DNA from: Octopus sinensis
Taxonomy: Eukaryota
NCBI RefSeq assembly: GCF_006345805.1
Contig: NC_042998.1
Coordinates: 8,742,001-8,806,000, forward strand
Reading direction: 5' to 3'
Length of the DNA: 64,000 nt
Shown one piece after another: positions 10,265 to 21,344 of this stretch. Below the pieces are notes generated by a model. That model did not search any database and was not told the DNA's origin. It saw only the letters and a list, made by a program, of their open reading frames with translations. The translations under genes and the position numbers were made by a program. Position 1 is the first letter of the stretch; every line of letters begins with the position of its first letter.

Positions 10265-13206
10265 ATCATCATCATCATCATCATCGTTTAACGTCCGTTC
10301 TCCATGCTAGCATGGGTTGGACGGTTCGACCGGGGATCTGGGAAGCCAGAAGGCTGCACCAGGCTCCAGTCTTATCTGGCAGTGTTTCTACAGCTGGATG
10401 CCCTTCCTAACGCCAACCACTCCGTGAGTGTAGTGGGTGCTTTTTACGTGCCACCTGCACAGGTGCCAGGCGAGGCTGGCAACGGCCACGGTCGGATTGG
10501 TGTATTTTATGTGCCACCGGCACGGAAGCCAGACGAGGCGGTGCTGGCATCGGCCACGAGTCGGATAGTGCTTTTTACGTACCACCAGACCAGGGATCCT
10601 GGCTGGTTCAATTCGATTTCGATTTCGCTTGCCCCAACATGTCTTCGCGAGCAAGGGGGTTGGCATGGGTGCCTGTCGTACGGTCAGATTGGTGTATTTT
10701 ATGTGCCACCGGCACGGAAGCCAGACGAGGCGGTGCTGGCATCGGCCACGAGTCGGATAGTGCTTTTTACGTACCACCAGACCAGGGATCCTGGCTGGTT
10801 CAATTCGATTTCGATTTCGCTTGCCCCAACATGTCTTCGCAAGCAAGGGGGTTGGCATGGGTGCCTGTCGTACGGTCAGATTGGTGTATTTTACGTGCCA
10901 CCGGCACGGAAGCCAGTGGAGGCGGCGCTGGCATCGGCCACGAGTCGGATAGTGCTTTTTACGTACCACCAGACCAGGGATCCTGGCTGGTTCAATTCGA
11001 TTTCGATTTCGATTTTGCTTGCCCCAACATGTCTTCGCAAGCAAGGGGGTTGGCATGGGTGCCTGTCGTCGGATGAGGTTCTATATCGACTTCGCTTGCC
11101 TCAACAGGTCTTTGTGTCCAAGGGAGGAAAGGCATTCATAAGTGGGCTGGGCTCACTTGTCCTGCCTGGTCTTCTCACGTACAGAATATTTCCAAAGGTC
11201 TCGGTCGCTGGTCATTTCCTCAGTGAGGCCTAAAGTTCGAAGGTCGTGCTTCACCACCTCGTCCCAGGTTTTCCTGGGTCTACCTCTTCCACGGGTTCCC
11301 TCAACTGCTAAGGATTGGCACTTTCTCACACACCTATCTTCATCCATTCTCGCCACATGACCATACCAGCGCAATCGTCTCTCTTGCACACCACAACTGA
11401 TGCCTCTTAGGTACAACATTTCTCTCAAGGTGCTAACGCTCTGTCGAGTATGTACACTGACATTACACATCCATCGGAGCATACTGGCTTCATTCCTCAC
11501 GAGCTTACGCATGTCCTCGGCAGTCACGGCCCATGTTTCACTGCCATGTAGCATGGCTGTTCGTACACACGCGTCATACAGTCTGCCTTTTACTCTGAGC
11601 GAGAGGCCTTTAGTCACCAGCAGAGGTAAGAGCTCCCTAAACTTTGCCCAGGCTATTCTTATTCTAGCAGTTACACTTTCAGCGCACCCACCCCCACTAC
11701 TGACTTGGTCACCTAGATAACGGAAGCTATCAACTACTTCTAGTTTTTCCCCTTGGAAAGTGACGGAAGTTATTTTCTGCAGATTTTCGGAGGTTAATGC
11801 TCCTGAGCATCTGCCACATACAAAAACTATCTTCCCAGTTAGCCTACCTTTGACATTGCTGCACCTCTTATGTGTCCATAGCTTACACTGGGTACATCTT
11901 ATAGAGTTTCTACCTACACCTTTTCTACAGATCGAGCAGGGCCATCTTCCTGAAGACATTTGTGGATTGTCTACCTTCCTACTTATTAGTACTTTGGTTT
12001 TAGCTAGGTTGACTCTAAGGCCCCTCGATTCTAAACCCTTCTTCCACACCTGGAACTTCTCCTCCAGCTCTGATAGTGACTCAGCAATGAGAGCAAGGTC
12101 GTCAGCATAGAGGAGCTCCCAGGGACAACCTGTCTTGAATTCCTCCGTAATTGCCTGGAGGACTATGATAAATAGGAGGGGGCTGAGTACTGAACCCTGG
12201 TGGACCCCGACCTCTACTTTGAATTCTTCTGTGTACATGTTGCCAACCCTAACCTTACTTATGGCATCTCTGTACATGGCTTGCACAGTCCTCACCAGCC
12301 ATTCATCTATCCCTAGTTTCCTCATTGACCACCAGATAAGGGATCGGGGGACCCTATCAAAAGCTTTCTCCATGTCAACAAAAGCCAGGTACAGGGGCTT
12401 ATCTTTGGCTAGGTATTTCTCCTGCAGCTGCCTTACCAGGAATATAGCATCAGTGGTACTTTTCCCTGGCACGAACCCAAACTGCATCTCATCTAAACTA
12501 ACTCTCTCTCTAATTAGTTGGGCTATGACCCTCTCCGTAACCTTCATTACTTGATCCAACAGCTTGATACCTCTGTAATTATTTGTATCTAGGGCATCAC
12601 CTTTACCTTTGTAGCAGTTGACTAGTATGCTGCTACACCAGTCATTGGGTATGACTCCTTCGTGTATCACCTGGTTGACTATACGGGTGACTAGGTTATA
12701 GCCGACACTGCCAGATATTTTGAGCATCTCTGCAGTAATTCCTGATGGGCCTGGGGTTTTTCCTGTCTTCATGCTTCTAATTGCCTTAGCTACCACTGAA
12801 CTATCAACTCGGATAGCTGGTCCCTCTGTTGGGTCAACATTCGGCAGACTCTCTTTATCCCATTCATTTTCTTTATTCAGCAACCTTTCATAGTGGCATC
12901 TCCAAACTTCTCTCTTTGCATCCTCATTTAGCGCAAGTGAACCATCATCCATGCGAACACACTTCTCTCCTACCACATCACGATTCTCTCTCACACACTG
13001 TCTTGCAACACGAAATACCTCAAGTCTTTCATCCTCACGGCTCAGAACATTGGCAAATTTTTTCTTATCCGCTTCCCCTCTGGCTAAATAAACCTGTCTC
13101 CTAGCTTCCCTTCTGGCTGTCTGATACAATTCCCTGCTACCACCGTTCCTCCAGTCCTTCCAAGCCTGTCTCTTTTGTCTAATAGCCCTGTCAACCACAG
13201 AGTTCC
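10265..13206 (-). mobile_element. 5'-truncated RTE-clade LINE with complete 3' UTR and (GAT)n tail
   Basis: Contains the RT ORF below. The 3' UTR has three 192-bp repeats, and the tail reads (CAT)n on + at about 10265-10286. Confidence 0.95.
11153..13200 (-). CDS. RTE LINE reverse transcriptase ORF (uninterrupted, lacks APE domain)
   Basis: NYRGIKLL, QFGFVPGKSTTDAIF, FVDMEKAFDRV, GVHQGSVLSPLLF, LLYADDL, an internal CxxC..CxxC..H..C..CxxC motif and RWYGHV. The first ~21 aa of the track ORF come from flanking DNA. Confidence 0.92.
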
Positions 13207-13527
13207 ATATATATACACACATATAGTATGTAGATAGGGTTGTAATCGAAGCCGTGTCCTCGTGAAGCACACCTGTATATTCCAGTATGCCAATATTGTA
13301 TGTAGATGTTATAATTGTGTGAGGTATGTATAAGAGTAGAAAAAATATTGGAAAATAATATTTGCAGAGTAATTACGCATCAAAACAGTAGACTGGAAAA
13401 TATTTTTAGTATTATTTATTCACCATTGCACATGTTTCATTTGCTAGTACGAGTTAGAATATTATACATGTAAGAGAAAATTATAAAATATCTCTTGTTA
13501 AAAACTCCTCAGACAGCGAATCAATTA

Positions 13528-14645
13528 TCAGATTGAATAAAAAATAAGCAACGTTTTGAACCATGAAGAATTTGTACCAGATTTCTGCAGGGTTTTGAAT
13601 GTTTGTTAAACATTCTTTTGCAGTTGTCTGATAATATAGATATAAACTTACCCAAATGCATCAATAAATTAACATTTATATATTTTTTTTCCCATTCTTA
13701 CAATCATCTGAAAGGGAACTGTGAAAGTGCGATATTTGAGCAGTTTTGCAATTCAACTTCAAAAAAGGATGTAAAGCAGCTAAAACTGTTCATGATATCA
13801 ATGAAACATTTGGTGGGGAAATGACCAGTGAGAGGTCAGCTTGAAAATGGTTTAAATGATTTTGCAAATTGTGAGCATTATGGACGCCCATCTGTCATCG
13901 ATGACAGTCAAGTAGAGACTGTCATTGAGAAAGATCCATATAAAACCACTTGAGAACTGGCAAAAGAACTTCAAGTTAGTCAGAAAACTGCCTGCAGCCA
14001 TTTTCATGCAATCAGAAAATCAAAAAAGCTCGACAAATTTGAATGAAAATCAGAAAATGCTTATTGCTTCTTCTCCGCAACCAGACCAATCCATTTCTTG
14101 ACCATATTGTAACTTGCAATGAAAAGTGGATTCTGTACAATAAAAAACGTTCTTTGCAGTGGTTGGAGCAAAATGAAGCACCGAAAACCTTCCCTAAACC
14201 CAAGCTCTTCAAAAAGAAGGTTATGGTGACTGCTTGGTGGTGTACTTTTGGAATCATCCATTATAACTTTTTAAAATCTGGAAAAAACATTACTGCAGAA
14301 ACATATTGTCATGAAATTGCCAAAATGAAAGAAAAACCGCTACTCCTCTGTCCCAGACTGGTCAACAGAAGAGGGCCAATCATTCTTCATAACAATGCTC
14401 AACCATAAATTTCACTAATGATGCTCCAAAAGTTGAAGGAACTTGGCTATGAATTTCTTCCCCACCCAGCTTATTCCCCAGACCTTTCTCCTACCGACTA
14501 CCACTTTTTCAAGCACCTTGATGGTTTCCTGAAAGAGAAGGAGTTCAAAAATCAAACTGATGCTGAAACTGTGTTCAAAGAGTTCATCAGCTCCAGAACT
14601 CCAGATTTTTATGTTACCAGAATAAACAAACTTGTAACTCATCGA
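13528..14645 (+). mobile_element. Mariner transposon remnant (transposase pseudogene, 3' end truncated)
   Basis: TA followed by the TIR-like TCAGATTGAATAAAAAATAAGCA. Motifs IVTCNEKWILY, KKVMVTAWW, IILHNNAQP and YSPDLSPTDYHFF. Contains stops, frameshifts and D-to-N changes at catalytic positions. Confidence 0.9.
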
Positions 14646-14659
14646 CCCTGTGCTTGAGG

Positions 14660-15040
14660 AAACCTATTGAGTCAAGTACATCAACATCAAAAATCAATGG
14701 AAATTGTAGTTGTGATCCCTGTGCCGGTGGCATGTCAAAAGCACCGTCCGGATGTGGCCAATGCCAGCGCCACCTTCACTGGCTTCCATGCTGGTGGCAT
14801 GTAAAAACCACCAATCCAATCGTGGCCATTGCCAGCCTCGCCTGGCACCTGTGCCAGTGGCACGTAAAAAGTACCCACTACACTCACGGAGTGGTTGGCA
14901 TTATGAAGGGCATCCAGCTGTAGAAACACTGCCAGATCAGACTGGAGCCTGGTGCAGCCTTCTGGCTTCCCAGATCCCGGTTGAACCGTCCAACCCATGC
15001 TAGCATGGAAAACGGACATTAAACGATGATGATGATATTC
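14660..15040 (+). mobile_element. RTE LINE 3' UTR/tail fragment
   Basis: Reverse complement of the 10265-10500 type sequence, ending CCATGCTAGCATGGAAAACGGACATTAAAC(GAT)n. Confidence 0.85.
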
Positions 15041-17469
15041 ATGATCCGCATTATCATCACTTTTCTATGCTGGCATTAGTTGGGCAGAACTGAGCCAGTA
15101 CCTCCACCTCCAATCCCAACTGAGTTGCCGGACAACATTTTGTTCATACTTTCTCTTTGCAACATAAGTTTCTGTGTCTGGATTTAACACCAACCACCTT
15201 ACAAAAATGTTTTGTGTGTGTGAGGGTGTAGTTAGTATAACAAATAGGAGAAAAACTATTCAATAATATAGTAGGGGGTAACATATTTTAGTTGATCCAG
15301 TAGCATCATAGACAATGTCTTTGTGTTTGTCCCTATCCCAAATTAACAATTGGTGTTGTTTTGTTTATGTCCTTGCAACTTCACAGTTTAGCAAACAACA
15401 CTGATAAATAACAAACTTAAAAATATGTAGTGGGTGCAATTAGTTTCACTAAACCTTTCAAGGTGGTGCCACAGTTCAATAACTGAAACAAGTAAAAGAG
15501 GTAATGTATGAATGTGTATATATAAGAACTACACACACAAACCTATCTGTAGATAGAATAACAAAAAGAGAGGAGAGACACAGGCAGTAATAGAGAAGCT
15601 AGTTATATTAGTCAGCAATTGTTAGACTTTTTGAGAAAATCTAAAATATATAAGTTTAGTTGTATGTCTGTATCCAACAATGTATATTATTCTCAGACTT
15701 GCACATTATTTGAAATACAAAAAGGTCACAAATTTCCAGAACTTTCACATATATTGCTCAGATGAAACTTGGCTGAGTGACCCAAGTGTCTTATGTTCAG
15801 TAATCTTCCATTTATTAGACAAGACAAACATGTAAGCACTGAGGTGCGACTGGCACCTTTATTTATGATACTGAGAATGATGGATTTTAGTTCAAATAAG
15901 AATGCAATTATTTTGTTTAACATTGTTACAGTAGTTTGTTTTAATATTAAAAGTGATGTAATTCAATTTAAAAGATCTCTGATATCACTGTTAAAAACCA
16001 GTGTTCAATTCTTGTTTCATCTTAACTCCTTAACATTCAGATTGTTTATTCACATTGCTTTGAATTAATCATGCATTACCTGTAGCCTTGAGATTTCATT
16101 GATCTGATTGCTTATTTTTAGATTGACTTTCTAGAGGCCAGGCCTGACCAGTTTGAACATAAACAGGTAGAATATTTGGGCCAGATATGGCCGGTTTAAA
16201 TGCTAAAAGGAGAAACATATCAATTAAAATCTTTCTCGCTACATGGAGAGGAAGCCACTCTGTCATGTGTTAACATCATCAGATGATCTAGTTCCTATTC
16301 CCAATGTTTCAATAATGTGAAGTGTCATCATGTAGTCAACATCATTTAACATCCATGTTTCATGCTGGCATGGGTTGGACAGTTTGACGACGAAGAATTA
16401 ATTGTTATGTCCAAATATACAATGAAACATCAATGCTTCATTGCATATATATAAGCAGATAAAAAAAAATCATAGTGACTGCCTGCAAGCGAGTATGACT
16501 TAGTAATGTATATCATGCTTTCACTCATTATTTTAAGTGTCTACATAGTTACAAGCAGATAGACACTCTACTGACCTTCTCACCTTTATCTCATAATTTT
16601 GTTGATCCAAACACCTGATTAATAATTCAAGAAAGTAGTTATTTTACTAAGACTGTTCAAATTGATTATGTTTATTTACTTGGGAACATGACTATAAAAG
16701 AATTAGCATCAAATTTGATTTCAACTTACATTTTCCACAGCTATTCTAACAACAGTGTAATAATACTTCTGTAACCTCTCAGAGGAAACATGACTCCTCC
16801 TTCACTCCTCTCCACCCTTCATTTATGGTTTGACAATAATTCTATAATTGTTATAAACTGGAATGGAACTCACTCTCTTTCTGCTCACATCCATTCTCCA
16901 TTTAATGCTACTTGGTTTGCATCTTTTAGAGAGATAGATTAGATAAAATGGACTCAAAGACCAACTAGAAAGTGAAAGTAGTATCTAACTTAGGATGTCT
17001 CATAGATAGTGCTGGCAATGGTGTTGGATGTGGTAGATGTGGTTATCATGGCAGTGGTGGTGGTGTAGTGGTGACAGTGGATGTGTATGATGGCAGCAAT
17101 TATAGTGTTGGTGTTTTTGCAGAGGTGGTGGTGGTGGTGGTGGTGGTGGCGGAAGTGGATGATGATGATAATGATGATGATAGAAGTAGTGGCATTGATT
17201 ATGTTAGGATGTCTCAGTAGTGGTTGTGAAGATGATTCTGATATTGATAGTCTTTGCATTGAGGTGGTGGCAGAGTCAGAGTAAATAATAAGAGCCCAGT
17301 TAACACAAGATTCTTAAATTTCGGAGATCATAAGATAGAGAGCAAGAAGTTAAAAGTTCCAATACTGTCCCAATTCCTACACCCCAGATTCTTCAACTAT
17401 TTTATAAGAAAGGGGTTAATGGCAGGTTGTATACCAAAAAATACATAAATAAATTACTGTTTTATTCTT

Positions 17470-17815
17470 TGGCAACACGTGTTTCATAAGCGGGAAGTGT
17501 AACCTCTCGAAAGAGCTGTTCTTCACTCCTGCTCCGGAGCGTCGGCTGCGGGGTCATTCCGAAAAGCTCTACCTGCGACGATTTCATCTCAATCGAAGGA
17601 GAGGAGCTTTCTCCGTCCGGGTTGCGGATCCGTGGAACAAGCTGCCAGACGAGATGGTGAAGATGCCGACGACCGCTTTGTTCAAAGCCTCCCTGGACCT
17701 CAAGTGGCCTGAACTCTTTACATGAACACCACCCTGTACTTAACTCCATGTCCCCCTACATGGCCTTGCTATTTGCTTTTGAGCCAAATTAACTAACTAA
17801 CTAACTAACAGATAC
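17470..17815 (+). mobile_element. CR1-clade LINE 3' fragment with (TAAC)n tail
   Basis: Reads RLRGHSEKLYLRRFHLNRRRGAFSVRVADPWNKLPDEMVKMPTTALFKASLD, matching the CR1 C-terminal pattern RGH..KL...FS.RV...WN.LP...FK..LD. (TAAC)n lies at about 17790-17808. Confidence 0.8.
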
Positions 17816-17959
17816 ATCCTCGGGTTCCTAAACCACACCTTGTTTCCCTGGAACCCCTCTCAAGATGCCACCCCAATCATCAAGCCCTGTTAGTGTGTGT
17901 GAAGAGACAGAGAGAATAATGTGTGAAAGAGAGAGATAACTGAAATTTTTTACTCGGTG

Positions 17960-20578
17960 TATCATCATCATCATCATCATCATCGTTTAAAGTCCGTTTT
18001 CCATGCTAGCATGGGTTGGACGGTTCAACCGGGATCTGGGAAGCCAGAAGGCTGCACCAGGCTCCAGTCTGATCGGGCAGTGTTTCTACAGCTGGATGCC
18101 CTTCATAATGCCAACCACTCCGTGAGTGTAGTGGGTACTTTTTATGTGCCAGTGGCACAGGTGCCAGAGGGGTCTGGCATCAGCCACGATCGGTTGGTGC
18201 TTTTTATGTGCCACCAGCACAGAAGCCAGTCGAGGCGGTGCTGGCATCAGCCACGTTCGGTTGGTGCTTTTTATGTGCCACCGGCACAGAAGCCAGGGGC
18301 AACCTGTTTTGAATTCCTCTGAATTGGGTCACGTTCGGATGGTGCTTTTTTATGTGCCACCGGCACAGAAGCCAGTCGACGCGGCACTGGCAACGGCCAC
18401 TGGTGCCAGAGGGGTCTGGCATCGGCCACGATCGGTTGGTGCACAGAAGCCAGTCGAGGCGGTGCTGGCATCGGCCACGTTGGATGGTGCTTTTTATGTG
18501 TCACCGGCACAGGTATCACAATTACTGTTTCCATTGATATTTGGTTTGATGTTCATGTACATGCACTTGACTCAACAGGTCTCCTCAAGCACAGCGAAAT
18601 GTTCCGGGATCCAAGGTACTTTGAATGGGCAGGGGGTATGCGGAACTGGTGCCGGAAGCATCTCGGGTCTTAGTAGTCACAGCACATCTCCAGAGATCTC
18701 AGTCCTTCGCCATTGCCTCAGTGAGGCCCAACGCTCTGAGGTCATGCTTGCCTACCTCATCCCATGTCTTCCTGGGTCTACCTCTCCCCCTGATTCCTTC
18801 AACTGTTCGGGAGTGGCACTTCTTCACACATCTCTCCTCGTCCATCCGCAGTACATGACCATACCATCGCAAGCGTCGCTCTTGCACACCGCATCTGATG
18901 CTTCTTATGCCTAGCATTTCTCTCAGGGTGCTTACACTCTGTCGTGCATTCACACTGACATTACACATCCAGCGGATCATGCTAGCTTCATTTCTTTCAA
19001 GTCTACGCATGTCCTCTGCAGTCACGGCCCATGTTTCACTGCCGTGAAGCATGGCAGTTCGCACACATGCATCATATAATCTACCTTTCACTCTGAGTGA
19101 GAGACCCTTTGTCGCCAGTAGGGGTAGGAGCTTTCTAAACTTTGCCCAGGCTATTCGTGTTCTAGTGGTGACACTCTCTGAGCATCCACCCCCACTACTA
19201 ACTTGGTCACCCAGGTAGCGGAAACTATCAACTACTTCTAGTTTCTCTCCCTGGAGTGTGATGGAATCTGTTTTCTGAGTGTCTGTGGTGTCTATTGTCC
19301 CTGTGCATCTGCCGCACATGAAAGCTATCTTATCTGTTAATTTCCCTTTAATGTTGCTGCACCTCTTGTGCGTCCATAGCTTACATTGGGTGTATCTTAT
19401 GGAGTTTCTACCTACACCTTTCCTACAGCTCGAGCAGGGCCACCTGCCCGATGGGGTGTGTGCTGAGTTCGCCTTTCTGCATACTATAACTTTGGTCTTC
19501 GCTACATTTACTCTAAGGCTCTTTGATTCTAACCCTTGTTTCCGCACTCGAAATTTCTTTTTTAGTTCCGGTAGTGATTCTGCTATGAGGGCCAGGTCAT
19601 CAGCATAGAGGAGCTCCCAGGGGCAACCTGTTTTGAATTCCTCTGTTATTGCCTGGAGGACTATGATGAATAAAAGGGGACTGAGGGCTGAGCCCTGGTG
19701 TACACCTACTTCTACCCGGAATTCTTCACTATATTCGTTGCCAATCCTAACCTTGCTGACAGCCTCTCTGTATAGAGCCTGTACAGCCCTTATTAGCCAT
19801 TCGTCAATCAACAGTTTCCGCATCGACCACCAGATAAGGGATCGGGGAACCCTGTCAAAGGCTTTCTCCAAGTCCACAAAAGCTATGTAGAGGGGTTTAT
19901 CTTTAGCTAGGTACTTCTCCTGCAGTTGTCGGACCAGGAATATAGCATCAGTGGTGCTTCTACCCGGCACAAAACCGAACTGCATCTCATCTAAGCAAAT
20001 TCTCTCCCTAATGAGATGGGTTATGACCCTCTCTGTGGCCTTCATCACCTGATCCAACAGTTTAATACCCCTGTAGTTATTTCTATCTAGAGCATCACCC
20101 TTACCCTTGTAGCAGTTGACTATGGTGCTGCTACGCCAGTCATTGGGTATGACTCCATTATGAACTACCTGGTTAACAATACGGGTGACTAGGCCATAGC
20201 CCGCATAACCAGCTGTTTTAAGCATCTCAGCAGTGATACCTGATGGGCCGGGGGCTTTATCTGGTTTCATATCCTTAATTGCCTTAACTACAATGGAGCT
20301 GTCTATTTGGATAGCTGGTCCCTCTACTGGGTCAACATTTGGCAGGCTCTCCTCCTCCCATTCATTCTCCACATTCAGCAGTCTTTCATAATGGCTTCTC
20401 CAAGCCTCTTTCTTTTCACCAACATTAAAAGCAAGTGCCCCATCATCCATGCGGACACATTTCTCTCCTGTAACATCACTATTTTCTCTCACACACTGTC
20501 TAGCAATACGAAATACCTCAGTTCTTTGGTCCTCACGTCGCTGGATATTGGCCAACTTTTTTCTGCTATATCTTTGGC
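17960..20578 (-). mobile_element. 5'-truncated RTE LINE (related subfamily) with 3' UTR and tail
   Basis: Contains RT ORF 18699-20555. The tail reads (CAT)n on + at about 17960-17983. Confidence 0.93.
18699..20555 (-). CDS. RTE reverse transcriptase ORF (618 aa; stop shortly before the usual C-terminus)
   Basis: Same RT motifs (YADD, GVHQGS, QFGF). A CGA-to-TGA change likely truncates the last residues (AMAKD*DLWR). Confidence 0.88.
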   Translation of the reverse strand: MANIQRREDQRTEVFRIARQCVRENSDVTGEKCVRMDDGALAFNVGEKKEAWRSHYERLLNVENEWEEESLPNVDPVEGPAIQIDSSIVVKAIKDMKPDKAPGPSGITAEMLKTAGYAGYGLVTRIVNQVVHNGVIPNDWRSSTIVNCYKGKGDALDRNNYRGIKLLDQVMKATERVITHLIRERICLDEMQFGFVPGRSTTDAIFLVRQLQEKYLAKDKPLYIAFVDLEKAFDRVPRSLIWWSMRKLLIDEWLIRAVQALYREAVSKVRIGNEYSEEFRVEVGVHQGSALSPLLFIIVLQAITEEFKTGCPWELLYADDLALIAESLPELKKKFRVRKQGLESKSLRVNVAKTKVIVCRKANSAHTPSGRWPCSSCRKGVGRNSIRYTQCKLWTHKRCSNIKGKLTDKIAFMCGRCTGTIDTTDTQKTDSITLQGEKLEVVDSFRYLGDQVSSGGGCSESVTTRTRIAWAKFRKLLPLLATKGLSLRVKGRLYDACVRTAMLHGSETWAVTAEDMRRLERNEASMIRWMCNVSVNARQSVSTLREMLGIRSIRCGVQERRLRWYGHVLRMDEERCVKKCHSRTVEGIRGRGRPRKTWDEVGKHDLRALGLTEAMAKD

Positions 20579-20590
20579 TATGTATATGTG

Positions 20591-20622
<32 letters not shown>

Positions 20623-21344
20623 TGTATGCATGTATGTATGCATGTATGTGTGTGTATGTATGTATGTATGTTGTGTGTGTATGTATGTGTGTGTGTATGT
20701 GTGTGTATGTATGTGTGTGTGTGTATGTGTGTGTGTATGTGTGTGTGTGTATGTATGTATGGCCGATTCTGTGTTTACTTTATTTCAAGTTAAAACGAAA
20801 GATTACCAAAAAAAATTTTGTTTATATCTTCAACCACTGTCATTATTCCATTGAGTCAACCTCATTATTTTCTACATAGCAAAGGTAATCTTTCGTTTTA
20901 ACTCGAAATAAAGTAAACACTGAATCGGCCATACATACATACATACACACACATACATACACACATACATAGATACATACACACACACACACATACATAC
21001 ATATACACATACACCAAGTAAAAATTTCGTTTTAACTCGAAATAATGTAAACACTGAATCGGCCATACATACATACACACACACACATACATACACACAC
21101 ATACATACACACACATACATACACACACACACATACATAGATACATACACACACACACATACATACATATACACATACACCGAGTAAAAAATTTCATACT
21201 ACAAACGAAAGATTGCCAAAGATAAAAAGTTACAGAAATAAAAGTTACACGAATAAAGTAAGGAATAAAAATCACAAAAAATATACGAAAATTTACAAAA
21301 ACTAAGTTAGTTATATAATATATAAGTTTAATATATAAGTTAGT

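Noticed and set aside
10304-11233. 309-aa (+) and 222-aa (-) repetitive ORFs
   Set aside because: They arise because the RTE 3' UTR repeat period (192 bp) is a multiple of 3. The GTGCCACCGGCAC units are also not a CRISPR array: there are no unique spacers and the context is a eukaryotic LINE.
15725-16070. Possible host exon (ORFs 15726-15923 and 15793-16068)
   Set aside because: The plus strand contains DETWLSD..RQDK, which looks like a decayed LINE APE fragment; there is no consistent splice-bounded frame.
16788-16860. ATGACTCCTCCTTCA resembles the micro-exon donor flank
   Set aside because: GT is absent, there is no matching acceptor flank, and candidate frames contain stops.
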